Source of the DNA: a candidate division WOR-3 bacterium
GTDB taxonomy: Bacteria > Hydrothermota > 32-111
Direction of reading: 5' to 3'
Length of the DNA: 751 nucleotides
NCBI GenBank assembly: GCA_037481815.1
Contig: JBBFKX010000007.1
Span: 1-751 of the forward strand
Shown here: one piece after another, positions 1 through 751 of the stretch
How the letters are laid out: each line of letters opens with the position of its first letter
How positions within the stretch are numbered: the first letter of the stretch is position 1
Translations under genes and position numbers: made by a program
The notes under the pieces: generated by a model
Databases searched by the model: none
What the model saw: only the letters and a program-made list of their open reading frames with translations
What the model was told of the DNA's origin: nothing

Positions 1-1
1 T

Positions 2-367
2 TATCTTAAAAAAATTTTCAAAGAACTTTACCTTTTTGACTACAATCTCAAAAAGGAGACAAAACTTTCGATGAATGAAGCGATGGTGTTGTGTACGATC
101 AGTGAGAAAAAAATGGATCTTACACAACTTTCAAAAGAACTTTATGTTTCAAAACCAAGAATGACAAAAATAACTGAAAAACTTATAAAAAAAGGTTTTT
201 TAAAAAAACTGGTTTCAGAAACGGATAGGAGAGAAAAATATCTTGTTCTGACTGAAAAAGGTTATAAAAAAATTCACGAGATCAAAGACAAAAAAATACC
301 CTTTCCCCAGATCCGCCTTATCCGCAAAAAACGAAAAATAGTAAATATCATCGGGGACGGTGCTTGA
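2..367 (+). CDS. MarR-family winged helix-turn-helix transcriptional regulator (5'-truncated by window edge)
   Basis: Frame +2 has no stop from position 2 (YLKKIFKELYLFDYNLKKETKLS) and continues into the ORF-track protein MNEAMVLCTISEKKMDLTQLSKELYVSKPRMTKITEKLIKKGFLKKLVSETDRREKYLVLTEKGYKKIHEIK..., ending at TGA 365-367. MarR hallmarks: 'LS.NE..VL..I' helix 2, HTH 'LTQLSKELYVSKPRMTKITEKLIKKGFL', wing 'DRR' and 'LTEKG'. The upstream residues fit MarR helix 1, so ATG 71 is probably internal. Confidence 0.9.
   Translation, partial: YLKKIFKELYLFDYNLKKETKLSMNEAMVLCTISEKKMDLTQLSKELYVSKPRMTKITEKLIKKGFLKKLVSETDRREKYLVLTEKGYKKIHEIKDKKIPFPQIRLIRKKRKIVNIIGDGA
31..56. repeat. Perfect 9-bp inverted repeat CCTTTTTGA-N8-TCAAAAAGG
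   Basis: Arms 31-39 and 48-56 are exact reverse complements around the loop CTACAATC (40-47). It lies inside the marR reading frame and its function is unknown. Confidence 0.45.
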
Positions 368-371
368 CTTT

Positions 372-399
372 TTGACATTTTTGTGTAACCTTATAAAAT
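372..399 (+). promoter_or_regulatory. Putative sigma70-type promoter for the transposase
   Basis: Perfect -35 TTGACA (372-377), 16-bp spacer, -10 TAAAAT (394-399, 5/6 match), ending 26 nt before ATG 426. Weaker alternatives overlap it (TTGACT 364-369 with TAACCT 386-391; TATGAT 399-404). The AT-rich background lowers specificity. Confidence 0.6.
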
Positions 400-414
400 A
401 TGATAATTTAAAAA

Positions 415-423
415 GGGGAGGAG
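415..423 (+). promoter_or_regulatory. Shine-Dalgarno ribosome-binding site for the transposase
   Basis: GGGGAGGAG (GGAGG at 417-421) directly upstream of ATG 426. Confidence 0.8.
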
Positions 424-425
424 CA

Positions 426-751
426 ATGAGAAGAGCAAGAGTTAAGTATGAAGGTTCATACCATCATGTTATGAACAGAGGGTTTAAAAATGAAAAAATT
501 TTTCTCAATCCAAAAGCGAAGCAACATTTTCTTGAACTTCTTGAGATTTTATCTAAAAAATATGGTATGGAAATCTATGCATATTGTTTGATGAAAAACC
601 ATTTTCACCTGGTTTTAAAAAATCATAAAAATTTATTATCAGAGTTTATGAAAGAACTGGATGGTTCTTATGGAATCTATTACAGGAAAAATTTTGGAGG
701 TAGAGGATATGTTTTTGCAAGTAGATTTAAGTCAACACTGATACAGGATGA
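426..751 (+). CDS. HUH Y1 tyrosine transposase, REP-associated (RAYT) / IS200-like TnpA (3'-truncated by window edge)
   Basis: Manual translation from ATG 426 gives 108 codons with no stop: MRRARVKYEGSYHHVMNRGFKNEKIFLNPKAKQHFLELLEILSKKYGMEIYAYCLMKNHFHLVLKNHKNLLSEFMKELDGSYGIYYRKNFGGRGYVFASRFKSTLIQD... It contains YHHVMNRG (459-482), YAYCLMKNHFH with the HUH metal-binding H-F-H at 600-608, and GYVFASRFKS (consensus-like GHxFQxRFKS). The final TGA at 749-751 is out of frame. The catalytic Tyr helix is expected beyond the window. Confidence 0.93.
   Translation, partial: MRRARVKYEGSYHHVMNRGFKNEKIFLNPKAKQHFLELLEILSKKYGMEIYAYCLMKNHFHLVLKNHKNLLSEFMKELDGSYGIYYRKNFGGRGYVFASRFKSTLIQD

Larger units (their letters stand above)
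353..751 (+). mobile_element. Probable left part of a RAYT/Y1-transposase element; candidate left-end motif GGGGACGGTGCTTGACTTTTTGACATTT at 353-380
   Basis: A GC-rich 5' block in AT-rich DNA, followed by tandem TTGAC units (364-368, 372-376), starts about 70 nt upstream of a Y1 transposase. The boundary is inferred, and the right end is not in the window. Confidence 0.5.

Noticed and set aside
71..73. ATG 71 as the true start of marR (as in the ORF track)
   Set aside because: The frame is open back to position 2 and encodes a plausible MarR helix 1. The nearest SD-like AAGGAG is 12 nt away, so the real start is more likely upstream of the window.
20..144. Direct repeat AAAGAACTTTA at 20-30 and 134-144
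   Set aside because: Both copies are in frame and encode KELY. There are only two copies in AT-rich coding DNA, so it is not a CRISPR array or a target-site duplication.
311..325. Tandem ATCCGC at 311-316 and 320-325
   Set aside because: It is only a 6-mer pair matching the IR-L-IR codons, too short to support a function.
340..425. Classical REP/REPIN (GTAG plus palindrome) or IS200-type left-end hairpin
   Set aside because: No GTAG-anchored palindrome or strong local hairpin is visible upstream of the transposase.
749..751. Terminal TGA as the transposase stop
   Set aside because: It is out of frame (codons are GAT 747-749, then GA-), so the gene continues beyond the window.
1..751. Minus-strand genes, RNA genes or CRISPR array
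   Set aside because: The ORF track has no minus-strand ORF, and I see no tRNA/rRNA-like sequence or regularly spaced repeats. The + strand genes explain most of the window.

Overview
AT-rich bacterial window with two co-oriented + strand genes, both cut by the window edges. (1) The 3' part of a MarR-family winged-helix regulator: the frame is open from position 2, so the real start is probably upstream of the ORF-track ATG at 71; it stops at TGA 365-367. (2) A gene absent from the ORF track, starting at ATG 426 and running off the right edge. It encodes an HUH/Y1 tyrosine transposase of the RAYT (REP-associated, IS200/TnpA-like) type, with YHHVMNRG, YAYCLMKNHFH and GYVFASRFKS motifs. Between them are a sigma70-like promoter (TTGACA-16-TAAAAT) and a strong RBS. 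The most notable structure is a motif with a GC-rich head, GGGGACGGTGCTTGACTTTTTGACATTT (353-380), which may be the left end or recognition repeat of the RAYT element. It contains both the marR stop codon and the -35 box of the transposase promoter. The element-end reading is an inference that needs flanking sequence to test.
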